The notes under the pieces were generated by a model. The model searched no databases. It saw nothing but the letters and a program-made list of their open reading frames with translations, and was not told where the DNA came from. 64,000 nt of DNA from Blastocystis sp. Blastoise (taxonomy: Eukaryota; Protista; Bigyra: Opalinata), in contig JBBPEB010000019.1 in NCBI GenBank assembly GCA_039096225.1, positions 248,001 through 312,000 on the forward strand, read 5' to 3'. Both the position numbers and the translations under genes were made by a program. Below are positions 1 to 18,462 of the stretch, piece after piece (position 1 is the stretch's first letter; each line of letters starts with the position of its first letter).

Positions 1-488
1 GAGATGACGGATTTCTAATATGATAATAGTTCTTTATTTTATTATATTATTCTCTTAACAATACTGAAGAACAGTCGCTTATCATTAAATTCATAAAAAC
101 ATTATTGAAAATAATCATAGCTTAATAAAATTAAATTAAGCATCATAAATAGTTAAAGTTAAAACCAATTGATCAATAAACAATTTTTTCAACTGTAATA
201 TACATTTCATTATATGTAGCCCATGTTGTGTATATCATAAAACACGCATATATCAATGAATTTCAAATAATAAAGTAATTTTTAGTGAATGTCCAGTGCA
301 TTCTTAGACTATTTGAATAAATAAATATACACTGAGTAACAATAATCATATATATATATATATATATTAATATTACCTAAAACATTATTCTTTAAGAAAG
401 TAACCCAAAACGATAAACGAAAAAATTTTTATAAGAAAATTTGATGGTATACAATTCAAAAACTTCATTTCGTTATTATATCTGTATT

Positions 489-1949
489 ATGAGTCAAAAA
501 TCTGAAGAAAATCCTTTAAAGAAGAATTTACTGTTAGTTATCTTCGTGTATGTAACCATGACCTATTTTGGTGTAGCTGAAGGTGTCAAAGGTGTAACAT
601 TACCTACAATAAAAGAAGAATTAGGAAATGGTTATGATCTACAAGGTGTTTTACTTGCAATTACGGGATATGGATATGTTATCTTCTGTATTATTGCAAC
701 ATATGTTCAAGATAAATTAGGTTCTAAAGTATCGTTCACTTTTGGATTTTCTTTATGTTGTATTGGATGTATTCTATGCTATTTCGCATCTTCATTTATT
801 ACTTGTATGCTTGGATTTTTATTTTTTATGATGGGCTTTGGTTTTTTCGAGATTTCTTTGAATTATGTATCTACTGGAGTCTTCAATAAATGTTCTGCTA
901 TCTTTATGAATCTTATGCATTTCTTCTATGGTTTAGGAGCAATTCTTGGTCCTTGGTTTGCTTCTTTATTCATTACTCTTTTACAACAAAGTTTTCATGG
1001 TCCTTATATAGCATTAATTGTACCTACAATTCTTCTCTTCTTCTTTGCTTTATTTATGAATTTCAAAGCAGTAACAGATGTCTGTAAAGATGAGCAACAA
1101 ACAAGAAAGAAAGAGAAGAAATCGACTTGCTCTTGGTTATCTAATAAATACGTATGGATCTTAGGAATATGTTTAGGTGTAATGGAATTAGGTGAATTTG
1201 GTGCTATGAATTGGGGTGGACTTTATTTTAAAGATTTATATGGCTATGATCCAACGATACAAGGAGCTAGTTTTGTGTCTATATTCTATGGTTTCTTTAC
1301 TTTTTCACGATTAATTAGTGGTTTTTGGATTGAGAAAGTAGGATTATTAAAATCTTTATATATATCCTGTGTAGTTACTATTATTATCTTAGCAATAGGA
1401 TTCTCAGTTGGCGAATATGGGTTATATATACTTCCTATAAGTGGGTTCTTCTTAGCTATTATGTGGCCTACATTGATGTGTTATGCAATGACTATTTTCG
1501 AGAAGAATACACCTATTGCGTCTAGTGTTATTATTGTTATTTCTGGGGCTCTTCATAATATATTACAACTTATATGTGGTTTTATAAATCAATATATTGG
1601 TTATGTTTGGGGTTATCGATCTAATACTATATATATGATTATTCCTATTATTATGTTAGCTATAGCTGATTGTAATCATAAGAAAGACTTAAAAGAGATA
1701 GAAAAGAAGGATAATGATAAGAATAAAGAGGATGTTGAAATGCAATCTATTGAAGAAACGACAGATTCACGTGACATATCTCAAGATCACGTGAATCATG
1801 AAACACCAGAAAACTCTATTCCATGTGATTCTAGTATTATAAATAATAATGATGATTCTTGTAAGAAAAATATAGATGATAATAATAATATTTATAAGGA
1901 AAAAGAACAGAGAGTGTGTACTACAAATGATATTATACAGAATCATTAA
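489..1949 (+). CDS. Major facilitator superfamily transporter (fucose/glucose permease-like), intronless
   Basis: Single ORF with about 12 hydrophobic segments, MFS loop motifs (VQDKLGSK, IEKVGLLK) and MHFFYGLGAILGP, plus a hydrophilic C-tail. Start taken at MSQKS (489); an in-frame ATG also lies at 444. Confidence 0.85.
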   Translation: MSQKSEENPLKKNLLLVIFVYVTMTYFGVAEGVKGVTLPTIKEELGNGYDLQGVLLAITGYGYVIFCIIATYVQDKLGSKVSFTFGFSLCCIGCILCYFASSFITCMLGFLFFMMGFGFFEISLNYVSTGVFNKCSAIFMNLMHFFYGLGAILGPWFASLFITLLQQSFHGPYIALIVPTILLFFFALFMNFKAVTDVCKDEQQTRKKEKKSTCSWLSNKYVWILGICLGVMELGEFGAMNWGGLYFKDLYGYDPTIQGASFVSIFYGFFTFSRLISGFWIEKVGLLKSLYISCVVTIIILAIGFSVGEYGLYILPISGFFLAIMWPTLMCYAMTIFEKNTPIASSVIIVISGALHNILQLICGFINQYIGYVWGYRSNTIYMIIPIIMLAIADCNHKKDLKEIEKKDNDKNKEDVEMQSIEETTDSRDISQDHVNHETPENSIPCDSSIINNNDDSCKKNIDDNNNIYKEKEQRVCTTNDIIQNH

Positions 1950-2455
1950 ATGCTACTAATAATAGTTCTCCTGTTAATATAAATCCTATATATTATTTTC
2001 TAATATAACTTATACTTTTATCTTTTTTTATATGTAATTATTCTTATATTATATATATATTTATAAAGTATTCTTTATAATTTTTTAATATTAGTTATTG
2101 AATCTGAATGAATATATCAACCATTATTTGTGTTCGATGCGTTCATTCTTAGTTACACATCGTGTTTTAGAGATTCTACGAATTGTTTTGTTTTGTATTT
2201 AATACATATTTTTAATAAAACAACACACAAGTATCATTTCACTTATATAAAAAAAATTATATATAAAACAATAACAACCAAAAAATAAAGAGAAAGAAAC
2301 AAAGAGAGACAAGTAGTTCATATAGAATGAAAAAGTGTATAGAGATTAGAAACAATTATAATCGATACATATAGAAATTATGAATATATATGCAAAACAA
2401 ATATATATATATAATATAAAATTATATATATATATATAACAGTGCTTAGAGTAGT

Positions 2456-6982
<4,527 letters not shown>

Positions 6983-8635
6983 CTTCTTTATAAATAAATA
7001 GTCAATATTTATAAGTAGATGAGATTGAAAAAAGTTAATACTTAAATTGGTTGGATTAAATAGAACGCTGACATAGAATTCTTTACAAAATGGGCTCATC
7101 TACATAAAAAACCGCGGGACTCGACTTGATGGGGGAGTTCACAATCCACAAAAATGGTTACAAATATTCTTGAATTTCGGAAGATAATGACTGGATTTTT
7201 TTTATTTTACAAACAGTTCCATTTTTGAAATAGTCTTTTTTTTGATAAGATAATATCTATTGATTCTATATAATGATACTGATGATATCTATTCGACACC
7301 CCAGAGAGAATACAATGATTTGAGGTGATAATAATAGTTAATGTTGGTTTGCTTTTTATTTTATGGAGACTTGAGACATAGTTGTTTATTTCTCAGTGCT
7401 GTTTATACTCAGAGTAAACCTAAAGAAGTCTATTTATTAAAAAATGCTTAAATAAAAAATATATATATTAAAAAACATGAATCTCTCTTTTTTTTCACAG
7501 AAATAAAATAGAACTATTATTGATTCATTATGAATCAGGGTTTGAAAGCAATTTAAACACAACACATAATAAAAAAGAATTAGTTTTATAAAAAAAAGCA
7601 AAATAGAAAAGACAAAAATATGAACAGAAAACAAAATAAATAGAAGTTCAAAACACACACAAAAAATGAAAATATACGCAATAATGTAGTGAAACAACAA
7701 ATCAAATGAAAAATATGAATAGAATTTAAAAAAGAAAAAAGGGAAAAAAAGGGCATTTTTTACAAATATTTTTTGTACATATGAAAAAAAAAATAGTAAA
7801 ATATAGAAATTGCAAATAAATAAAAAAAAAAATACTATATAAATAAGAAATGAATGAGAATATTATACATGTAAAGTTATTATATATGACAATATGGAAA
7901 AGAAGGGATTTATATATATATATAATGAATAAAAGTATTTGAATAAAAATAAAACTAGATTATAAAAAAATATATATATTACTTGATAGTATCCCATATA
8001 TATATATAATAATAAAATACATATAAGATATGATGAATATAATTATATTAATTATATATATATATATATAATACTCATTTAATGATATATGATAGGAAAA
8101 AAATAATAAAAAAAAGTATATATATATAAGGAATATGAAAGAAAAAGAAGGATATAAATATATATGTATATATATATTACAAAATAAGATATAGAAATAG
8201 TATATTTGAGATTTGGATGATAATATATTTATTACATATATGAATATTAATTATTTCTACCAGAAATATAAGTAAAAGATAGTACAGTGTTGTACATATA
8301 TAAATATATGTAAATAAGTAAATAGTAAAGATATATATAAATAATAATATATATAAACAAATAATAGAATAAAAAGTATAGAATATATATAGATATATAA
8401 TAATATAAGTAGATGAAAGTATATATTTAGTCTAATCTTTATAAACAACAAAAATATTTTAGAAAAAGACCATAAATACAAAATATGTGGTAGAAAATAA
8501 ATATATCATATTATTGAAAAAAAAGTAATATAAATATATTTTTGAAATTGAAAAAAGAAAGAATATAAATATATAAACAGAAAGACAGAAACTAGTATTT
8601 GAAATATATATATATATAGAGTTCTAGGTATATCT

Positions 8636-10419
8636 TTAAGGTGTGTTTTCATATTCCCGCGGTTCTTGTTGTTCTTGTTGTTCTTCTTCATCATCACTCT
8701 CCATGCCACTAGTATCTGCTTCTACTACAGTAATACATCGACTTATAAAGGCATTCGCAGGCAGCATATTCAATAGTTCCTGCTGCATTACCGTACTCTC
8801 ATCAGTACTATATATATGTATTATATTATATTATATTATGTTATATTATATTATGTTATATTATATTATATTATATTCATAGAAGAATAAATAAATAATA
8901 AAAATGGATATTTATAATAATAATAATAAAAATAATAATAATAATAAAAATAATAATAATATATACATAGGCATTCTAAGTAGATTTGGACTAATACAAG
9001 TAGCAAAAGTATCAGGAGTCATTTTATTTAATGAATTATATTTACAATAATTCTTTAATAATCTACATATATAGATAAATACAGCACGATTACATTCAGG
9101 AAGATCTTTAATGAACTGAAGAGCATCTGAATCTGACTGAATTTTGAGTGCTCTGAAGTACATATAAATAGGAATAACTGGTTCTTTTAATGAACGAAAC
9201 CAATTCTTTAATATACTACCTAATAAGTAAGGATCCAAAATCTCTCCTAATACTTCATAATGACCCTATATATATATATTATTAGTTTTTATTTATTGTT
9301 AATATACCTTCTATAAAGAAAGGTTAATAACATAATAATAAATAAATAAAAATAAATAATAATAAAAATAAAAATAAAATAAAATAAAAATAAAAAATAA
9401 ATAAATAAATAAAAATAAATAAAATAAAAATAATATACTTGAGAAAGAAGAGCAGCATATTGATCAATCTTTGCTTTCGATCCAGGAATACGAAATACTC
9501 CTTCAAATTGATATGCTTTTACTTTACGTAATGCTGCTCCTAGACATAATACTATACGAGGAACAAGGGGATGAGGATTATATTTATTGGTATCATTTGT
9601 AGAAGATAAAGAAGGAAGAAGAGAAGAAGAGGAAGATAAAGAAGAAACAGGAAGAGAAGAAGAAGAAGTAGTAAGACTACTACTTGTAAATGTATTATTA
9701 CTACTATTACTACTACTATTAGCAGTATGTGTACGTCCCTCAATCTCCTCTTCTTGATGAAACGTTGCAGGAGATAAAATAGATACATGTGTACGGCATG
9801 AAGTTAGGGGAGTATCTAAAATAGAACGTGGAGTGTCCAAAGAGTATGTACCAATAGTACTCTGATGTATCTTCATATACTTATCTATATACTCCTTAAA
9901 TGAATTCTGTAATTCTCTTTGCATATTAATAATATCCTTTCCATAAAGTGTCACGTCCTGTTCACGTAATATCTTAAATAAATCATCCTATATATATATT
10001 ATTATTATTATTATACTATTTATTATTATGATATAATATAATTATATTTATTATGATTATATTTATTATGATTATATTTATTATGATTATATAATATGAT
10101 AATAAATAAAACCATAAAAAATAAATAGAATCAATGAATTAGTTATCCTATATAAAACTATATATATATATATACTTGTTGTGATTCATTAAGTCCTTGA
10201 AATAATTTAGTATTCAATTTCTTTCCTTCTTCCATATTCCAGCATATTAATACTTTAAGTAATTCATACCATCTTGATTTCTCCATACTATTAATAGCCA
10301 CTAAATCTAAGGGTTCATCCTCATTATCAAAGAGAACGCTAAAGGAACGAGTGGCATATACTAATAAATCAGAAGAAGTAGAAGAAACAGTAGGAGGGGG
10401 AGTAGTCACTAAATCCTAT

Positions 10420-10466
<47 letters not shown>

Positions 10467-10944
10467 CAATAATATAAAGAATTATATAGAATATAAATAA
10501 AAGATAATAGATATAATAGTGAATTATTAATAATAAAATGATAAATGTGATAAAGATAATACAAATAATTAAAACTAATAAATATGATAAAGATAATAAA
10601 AATAATTAAAACTAATAAATATGATAAAGATAACATATATATACAACTGCATGGTTAATTGATTGCATCTTAATACGATCATGGGTATTAGGGTTCTTCC
10701 AGCATATAAAGTTAAAGAAAGGAGAAATCCACATATGTCGTTCTTTATAGATTTTACTAGTACGTAATTTCTTCATTAGAGAAGTACCATTAAATAACAT
10801 CTTTATACAACTATCACTAGTAAGTACAAACTGCTTATTTGTCATCGGCTTCACTTTAGAACCATAATTCCCGCGAATATATCCATGAGCATTGTATTTA
10901 TTTAATAAATCAGCAATATCTTCCAAGTAATAAGTCTATAAAGA

Positions 10945-10976
<32 letters not shown>

Positions 10977-11814
10977 AACAAATATGAAACTATATATATA
11001 TATATACTTCTTCTAATGTGCAATCAAATACTCCCAAGGGACATATTCTGTTCTTATATACATTAATAATATCATCAGAATAACTCTTCTCTTCATTTAC
11101 TAAGTATTTGAAGGAAAACAAAGCTAAACCACCAACCTATATATATATATATATAGTATTATTATAATGAATTATATATATATATATGTAATGAAATTCA
11201 ATTTAATATAATTATGTATAAAACATATATATATATATACTTCATCATGTCTATATATATTATCTGCAATAATATGGAGGAGATAAGGATAGATAACACG
11301 TTCATTAGTAATAGATTTTACACTTAATAAGAATGCAATCAATTCCCAACCCTATATAGAGATTATACATATAATTATATAATATAATATAATAGTATAT
11401 AATATAATAGTATATAATATATAATATAATAGTATATAATATATATAATATATATATACTTTGACTTCTCTTTCAAAGAATGGATTATTATTTGTTTGTT
11501 TAATACAAAAACATAAGCTTTCTTCAAGTAAATCAAATGAATACATAGTTGAGATCTTTAATGTATTCTTATAGTCTGCGGGTGTTTTCCCGCCAGTTTC
11601 TGGTAAGTCACCCATATATTTCATTATAATAGAACATAACTCTAGAGCCTCTGGAATATTAGATCCTATATATATATATATAGAGTATAGTATAGTATTA
11701 TTATAAGAATATTCAATAAATATAATGAAAACTATAAATAGTTTATATATATAATAACTATGATAATTATTTAATATGTATATAATTAATATGAAAATAA
11801 TGTTTAACTATAAA

Positions 11815-11848
<34 letters not shown>

Positions 11849-13312
11849 ATTTTATAATAATATTATATATATACCTTTAAGTACATTAAGTGTATGAAGA
11901 GGAGTGGTAGTAGAATAATTAATAAGATCATTTATATTCACTTTCGTAAACACTCCTTTCTTCATATCCCTTTGAAAAGACATCTTTGCATAACTATAGA
12001 AGGAATAATCATCACTAGAGTCTAAATCAATTTGTGTTTTTAATTTATCCATAGACACTTGAGATCGTAGATGAGAACGAGGAGTAGAAGCATCTTCCTA
12101 TATATAGAAATATAGAGTATTATGATTATTATATATATTATTATAATTATTATTATAATTATTATATATATACTTTTGGTTTCATAACATCTCCTGATGC
12201 TATATATACAATCAAAATAAATAAATAAATATAAAAACAATATATATACAGGCTTTTCGATGAATATTATCATTATTCTTTGAATTTATATTATTATTAT
12301 TACTAGATAGAGTATTTGAAGAAGAATGTGTACGATGATGTACTATAGAATTGTTTAAAGAAGAAGAGGAAGAAGAAGAAGAAACATTTATATGGTTATT
12401 ACTTATTTTATTTGGAGAAATAAAATTAAATGCTTGATTTTCTTTATTAAGAATAGGTTTATTTGTAATAGTAGGAGAGAGAGAATGTATCATAGATTGA
12501 GAAGGAGTAGTAGTAGCAGTAGTAGTAGTTGAAGGAGTAGTAGTAGGACAAGAAGAAGGAGAAATAAATGCACTTCGATTTGGAGTAACAACAGGAGAAT
12601 GGAAATATTGTTGATATTGTATATCAGAAGGCTATATATATATATATATATTAAAGAAGAATACTATATATATATATACAGTAATAGTACCAGAGTCAAC
12701 AAGTAGTTTAATATAAGTCGATTTATTCCATCCTATATCTATAAGTACTTGCTCATGCTCTTCTTTAGAAATCTTATGTATATTACGATATCTCTCTAAG
12801 TAAGACTATATATAATATATATATATATATATAATGTAATACTAATTATAATTATATTATAATATTTTTATTAAAAAGAGTATATATAAAAATGTCATAT
12901 ATATAATTAAAAAGAATTATTCATATCATATACTATAATAGTAAGATATATATAAATATTGAATAGATAAAAACAATATAAAGAATAAAATGTGATTATG
13001 AATAATATAAATATGATTATGAAAATATAATTATGATAATGAATAATATAATTATAATTATGAATAATATAATTATGATAATGAATAATATAAATATAAT
13101 TATGAATAATATAATGATTATGAATATATACTAATGCTTGAGGACATATCTTTTGTCCATTAAGAATACCATCTGCATATATCTTATAGAGTAATCCTTC
13201 AGGTGAAGCAGACACACTCTCTGTATATACATATATATATAACTAATTAATTATATATATATAATACCGATTTTATGAAGGTCATTATATTGATTTGGAT
13301 GAGATCGAATAC

Positions 13313-13350
<38 letters not shown>

Positions 13351-14143
13351 ATATATTACATAAAACATACATTCTCTTGGATGCTTGGAAACTATATATA
13401 TAATAAAATATAGAATAATAAATAAAATATAAAACAATAAATAAAGCATAGAATAATATAAAAAAAAACATAGAATAATATTTTAAAAACTATATAATAA
13501 ATAAAGCATAGAATAAAAAATAAAAATATTTCTATAATAATAAAATATACATACTTTGTTTTAGATAGAGATTGTGTAAGTGAGTTTCGAATGCTTCTAA
13601 AGTCATCATGCATAAGACTCATTCGTATTTTTGCTTTACTGGGTGTTTCAGGTCGAAATGAAGTTCTTGGCGGGATTCCTGGAGGTAAGATAAGAATTGT
13701 ATAATCTTGAGGAACATATCCTGTTTGTTCTGTTCTTGTATTAATAACACCAAGCCATCCATTAACAGATAATCTGATCACTTGTAAAACATCACTTCTT
13801 TTAATAGACACAGTTCCTTGACCTTCCTCGTCAAAATCATATTTTGCTTTTACAAACTATACAATTAATATTCATATTTATTCATATTTTCATATACAGA
13901 CGCATAGATCATTAATATAGAATAGAATAATATCAATATAAATAATAATCAACGAAGAAATTAAAAATATAATATATATACATATGTAATAAGAACTGAA
14001 TTCTTGATAATATTAACGGGTCCTTTTGAATATAAATCCTTTTGTATATCAGGTATAGTCCAAGTAGCAACATTCATATCTTTACAAAAATAATAAATGT
14101 TCCCATCAACTGGATCCTTGCATTTGATGTAGTTTGCATACAT
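8636..14143 (-). CDS. Multidomain RhoGAP: WW-like, SH3, MyTH4, PH, RhoGAP (ARHGAP39/Vilse-like architecture)
   Basis: WW-like DPVDGNIYYF..ATWTIP; SH3 AKYDFDEE..NGWLGV..GYVPQDY; MyTH4 IMKYMGD..CIKQTNNNP..GWELIAFLL; PH GTSLMKK..RSFSVLF..LDLVAINSMEKSRWYELL; RhoGAP EGVFRIPG, LKNWFRSLKEPVIP, NKMTPDTFATCISPNL. Junctions checked are GT-AG; TAA at 8636-8638. Confidence 0.88.
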
Positions 14144-14323
14144 AATTGTACAGAATAACGAATATTATTATCAGTTAATTCACTATACACAAAACACAGC
14201 TTTTTGAAATGTCGCCACTTCAAAATTGAAAACCTTAACAATCATATGCAAGATTTCTCATTTTCCCACGATTATCGTTTCTCTCCTTAAAAAGTGCAAA
14301 TTTTTAATTTAAATAGATTGTTC

Positions 14324-14338
14324 TTTCCCCACGGGGAT
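14324..14338. promoter_or_regulatory. Palindromic GC-rich motif TTTCCCCACGGGGAT upstream of the RhoGAP start (second copy TTTTCCCACG at 14261)
   Basis: Related motifs sit about 120-190 bp upstream of RPA2 (7112), MORN (15500) and Prx (17661). Regulatory role is inferred. Confidence 0.5.
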
Positions 14339-15655
14339 TGTTTTTCTTTTACTAGATAAAGAAGAAGAATCATGATAATTTATAAAAATAGAAAATTTAA
14401 AAACGAGGAAGCTATTTGTGTTTTTTCAAGGGTAATTCCCTTTCATTTCTTTTTATTGTATTTTTATTCTGTTCTACTCGTTTGAAATTATATATTTTAG
14501 TCGATTAATATTAAAAAGTTACTAAGATATATTAGGCTTACTTTTAGCAACGTTTTTCTTGAAAAAATGTAGTCCATTGAATCACTATCTCTCCATGAGA
14601 TATGTTATTTTTGTTATGAAAATAATGAAAACATATATTATAAAATACTTTCATCCCATAATGAGGAATAAATACTGTATTTTTCGTGTCAAATTAATCA
14701 ATTTATTCATTTTTACTTTGAATATCTTTTTGATATCATAGAACAGTAATTTTTGTCTATGTCTGATCTCGGCAATAGATCAATAAAATGAAGAAATTAA
14801 CATGGTAGAAATCATGACGTCAGTACATGCGCAATGCCTATACTCAAATTAATGATAAACTATTTTATAAATCATTGAGATTAGCAACAACTATTTTTAG
14901 AAAATTATCCCGCATAAATTAATCGATAAAAGAAATAATTTATTTTTTTGATAAAAACATTTTTTTTATAAAATATCATTGCTTTTACTCAACTATTTTG
15001 CTTTTATATATATATGCATATAAATCAAACATAATCACAGTTTTATATATATTTTCATTTAATAATTGGACATCACTCTTAGTATTCCTGCCTTAATAGA
15101 TCTATTTAGCAGTCATATATAAAAACAAATGAATCTCATACATATTAATATGAATATACAAACCTAATTTTCTATTTTCAGAGAAATTTAGGTGAATTAA
15201 GTTTTCCGTCAAAACTATTTTAAAGATCTCTATTATAAACTCAATGTAAAAACAATAGCATATAAATATATAACAAATTTCATAGCCATCTAATATAAAT
15301 AATGAGAGTAAAATAGTCTAATCCTTATATGTTTATCCTATATACCAAAGTGAGTCAGTAAGATAAAATAGAATTCAATGCAATATAAACTTTTTATTCG
15401 ATTTTATACAGAGAAACGAACATATTACTATAAAATCCTTGATACTAGGAAAAAAAAAGAAAAAAGTGTACGCTGAAAAAAAGGGAACTACTCGAGAAAC
15501 ACGGGGGAAGCAATTGAAACCTCCAGAAATCCATATTTATTTGTGAGAATCATAAATGAAAAAAAGAAATAGCTAAGAAAGGAAATGTTGTTGATAAATC
15601 AATCTAAAAACTGTTCTTGGTAATTTATTGTCATTTTTGATTATTTAGATTATAT

Positions 15656-16816
15656 ATGTCAATGGCAGAAAAGACGAAGCGATACACATTTGAAGATGGT
15701 TCTATTTATGATGGTAGTTGGGTAAACGATGTAATGGATGGTTATGGTATTCTCTATTTCGTATCTGGTGAACAATACCAAGGTTATTGGAAGCAAAATA
15801 TGAAGAATGGTCAAGGAATATACCGTTATTTATCAGGTGATGTTTATGATGGTGAGTGGGTAAATGATTTGCCTGAAGGTTTTGGTACATATACTTATAA
15901 GAATGGAAGTACTTACAAAGGTCATTGGAAGAATGGTCGAAAGAATGGAAAAGGCGTATCTAATTCTACAAATGGTGAAGTATATGATGGTGATTGGGTT
16001 GATGACTTTAAGAATGGAAAAGGTAAGTTATATATGGATAATGTCCTTCAATACGATGGTGATTTCTGTGATAATACTCCTGATGGTTTTGGTATATGTT
16101 ATCAGAATGGAGAAATGATCTATAAAGGTGATTTTAAACAAGGTGCTCCCTGTGGTAATGGTGAAATGTATATAAATAATCGTCTTCAATATGTAGGTAC
16201 TTTTAAGAAAGGTATAAAAGATGGTCAAGGTACTTATTATTTTGGAGATGGTTTAGTTTATGAAGGTTCTTTTATTAAAGGTAAGAAAGATGGCCATGGT
16301 AAATTATTACGTGATGATATACTTCTATATGAAGGTGAAGTACGTAATGCTAAGAAAGAAGGTTATGGAGTATTATATAATACAGATGGTACTTTATATA
16401 AAGGATATTTTAGTAATGATATGAAAGAAGGTGAAGGTAGATTATGTTTGAATGAAACTGATTATATAGAACAAAAATGGCATGAAGATGTTTTAGTTAG
16501 TGTTGGCTCTTATGTTAGTGGTCCAGGAGATTATTATAAAGGTGCTTTAGTAGAGAATAAACGTGAAGGATTTGGTATAATTGATTACTTTAATGGTGAT
16601 AAATATGAAGGTATGTGGTTAAATAATAAGAAAGATGGAATAGGTAAATATACTTATGCTACTGGAGATGTATATGAAGGTAATTTTCATAATGATATGA
16701 AGAATGGTCATGGTACCTATTGTTTTGCTAGTGGTGAGAAAGTAGAAGGAGAATGGAAAGACGACTATAAGAAACAATCATGCTTCTGTTTCTTCTGTAA
16801 TGCTAGACCCATATAA
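15656..16816 (+). CDS. MORN-repeat protein, intronless
   Basis: About 14 repeats of YxGxWxxxxxxGxGxYxYxxG and a Cys-rich C-terminus (SCFCFFCNARPI). Confidence 0.95.
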   Translation: MSMAEKTKRYTFEDGSIYDGSWVNDVMDGYGILYFVSGEQYQGYWKQNMKNGQGIYRYLSGDVYDGEWVNDLPEGFGTYTYKNGSTYKGHWKNGRKNGKGVSNSTNGEVYDGDWVDDFKNGKGKLYMDNVLQYDGDFCDNTPDGFGICYQNGEMIYKGDFKQGAPCGNGEMYINNRLQYVGTFKKGIKDGQGTYYFGDGLVYEGSFIKGKKDGHGKLLRDDILLYEGEVRNAKKEGYGVLYNTDGTLYKGYFSNDMKEGEGRLCLNETDYIEQKWHEDVLVSVGSYVSGPGDYYKGALVENKREGFGIIDYFNGDKYEGMWLNNKKDGIGKYTYATGDVYEGNFHNDMKNGHGTYCFASGEKVEGEWKDDYKKQSCFCFFCNARPI

Positions 16817-17841
16817 TATCATTCTCTATTTGTATATATATATATAATCATTATTTATTAGTGAATATATTTATATAAATTGTTTATTATCTTTTAAAGT
16901 TGAATTATTTTAGTATTGATTCTATATAATATATTATATAGACTCAATCTATTTTTGTTGTTGTTTCTAAATACTCATTTCATTTATTTATTTTGTTTGC
17001 TATAGTTTGATTTATTCTTATTTATATATATATTAATAAATATATAGTAAATATATAAATTAATATACAAATTCTAACACTTTTATTTTTTATTTTTTTT
17101 TCATTTTCCATATGCTTCTTCTTTTTGTTATGTAGTGTATTTATTTAATTGCATTCATATCTATATCTCTTCATTTTGTTCTATTTTTCATTATTTTCGA
17201 TATCCTATTTTTTTTATATCTATTCTATTTCTTCTTTATCTCTTAGTATAATTTCTTTTGTACTCTATTAAAAATAATTACTTTTCTATTTAGCTTTGTT
17301 CTTCTATATATTATCATTTTTTGTCTCTATATTCCATACAAATGGAAATGATTTTCTTTTTTTTTAAATCAACATCAACTTTTTTTCCTTATCAGTTAGA
17401 AAATTAAAGTATAAATAAATTCATATAACAATAAATACTTCATTTACTCTTTAAAAAACAATAAATCCATGTTCATTTTCTTTTAAATAAACAACAAAAA
17501 GTTATACTCTATAGAATCAGCAACGAGAATATCAGGCAACATATCTTTATTACATTTCAAATCATATTTATAAACTTTTGCTCACATTTGTGTTTTTTTT
17601 TCGATATATTTTTTTTTATTTTGAAAATCACCAAAAGACACTTCTCTTAACATGAATAATCGTGGGAATTCCATTTTCATAATGGAGCAATTGTTTTCTT
17701 ATCATATGTTTGCATTTTTTCATATGTTGTCCAAAATCTTCTTATAAATCGATGTGACTAAAATGATATTGATATAAAACTCATAAATTATTTATTTTTC
17801 AATAAAGAAATATTAAATCTATTACTTACTTATTAAATAAA

Positions 17842-18462
17842 ATGGCTCCTACTATTCGTGCTCCTGCTCCTACCTTCACTCTTGCTGGTGCTAAACAAGG
17901 TGATATCGTTAATTCTTGGTCTCTTGAAGAACAAAAAGGATCTTGGACTTGTATTCTCTTCTATCCTATGGATTTCACTTTTGTTTGTCCTACTGAAATT
18001 ATTTCTTATTCTAAGGCTATTGATGAATTCACTGCTCTTAACTGTAACATCGTAGGTATTTCTGGTGATTCTCCTTATGTTCATCTTACTTGGGAAATTA
18101 CTCCTGCTACTCAAGGTGGTTTAGAAAATCAAGTTGTCTTCCCTCTTCTTTCTGATGTTGATCGTGAAGTTATGAAGGCTTATGGTGTTTATAATCCTGA
18201 TAAATCGGGTCTTGATTATGCTCAAGCTTTCCGTGGTTTATTCTTAATTGATGATAAGGGTGTTCTTCGTCATGTTTACATTAATGATAATGGTGTTGGT
18301 CGTAATGTTGATGAAACTCTTCGTGTTCTTGAAGGTCTTCAATATACTGATAAATTTGGTGAAGTTTGCCCTGCTGGATGGCATAAGGGTGATAAGGGAA
18401 TGAAAGCTACTAAAGCAGGTATCTCTCAATTCCTTGTCAAGAAATTATCTGAAAAGAATTAA
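17842..18462 (+). CDS. Typical 2-Cys peroxiredoxin (Prx1/AhpC family), intronless
   Basis: Peroxidatic motif FYPMDFTFVCPTE, GRNVDETLR, resolving motif GEVCPAGW. Confidence 0.97.
   Translation: MAPTIRAPAPTFTLAGAKQGDIVNSWSLEEQKGSWTCILFYPMDFTFVCPTEIISYSKAIDEFTALNCNIVGISGDSPYVHLTWEITPATQGGLENQVVFPLLSDVDREVMKAYGVYNPDKSGLDYAQAFRGLFLIDDKGVLRHVYINDNGVGRNVDETLRVLEGLQYTDKFGEVCPAGWHKGDKGMKATKAGISQFLVKKLSEKN

Noticed and set aside
7150-7455. Higher-complexity stretch upstream of RPA2 (possible small gene or C/D snoRNA, TGATGA near 7280)
   Set aside because: I could not build a convincing start-to-stop model or a box C/D pair with a terminal stem.
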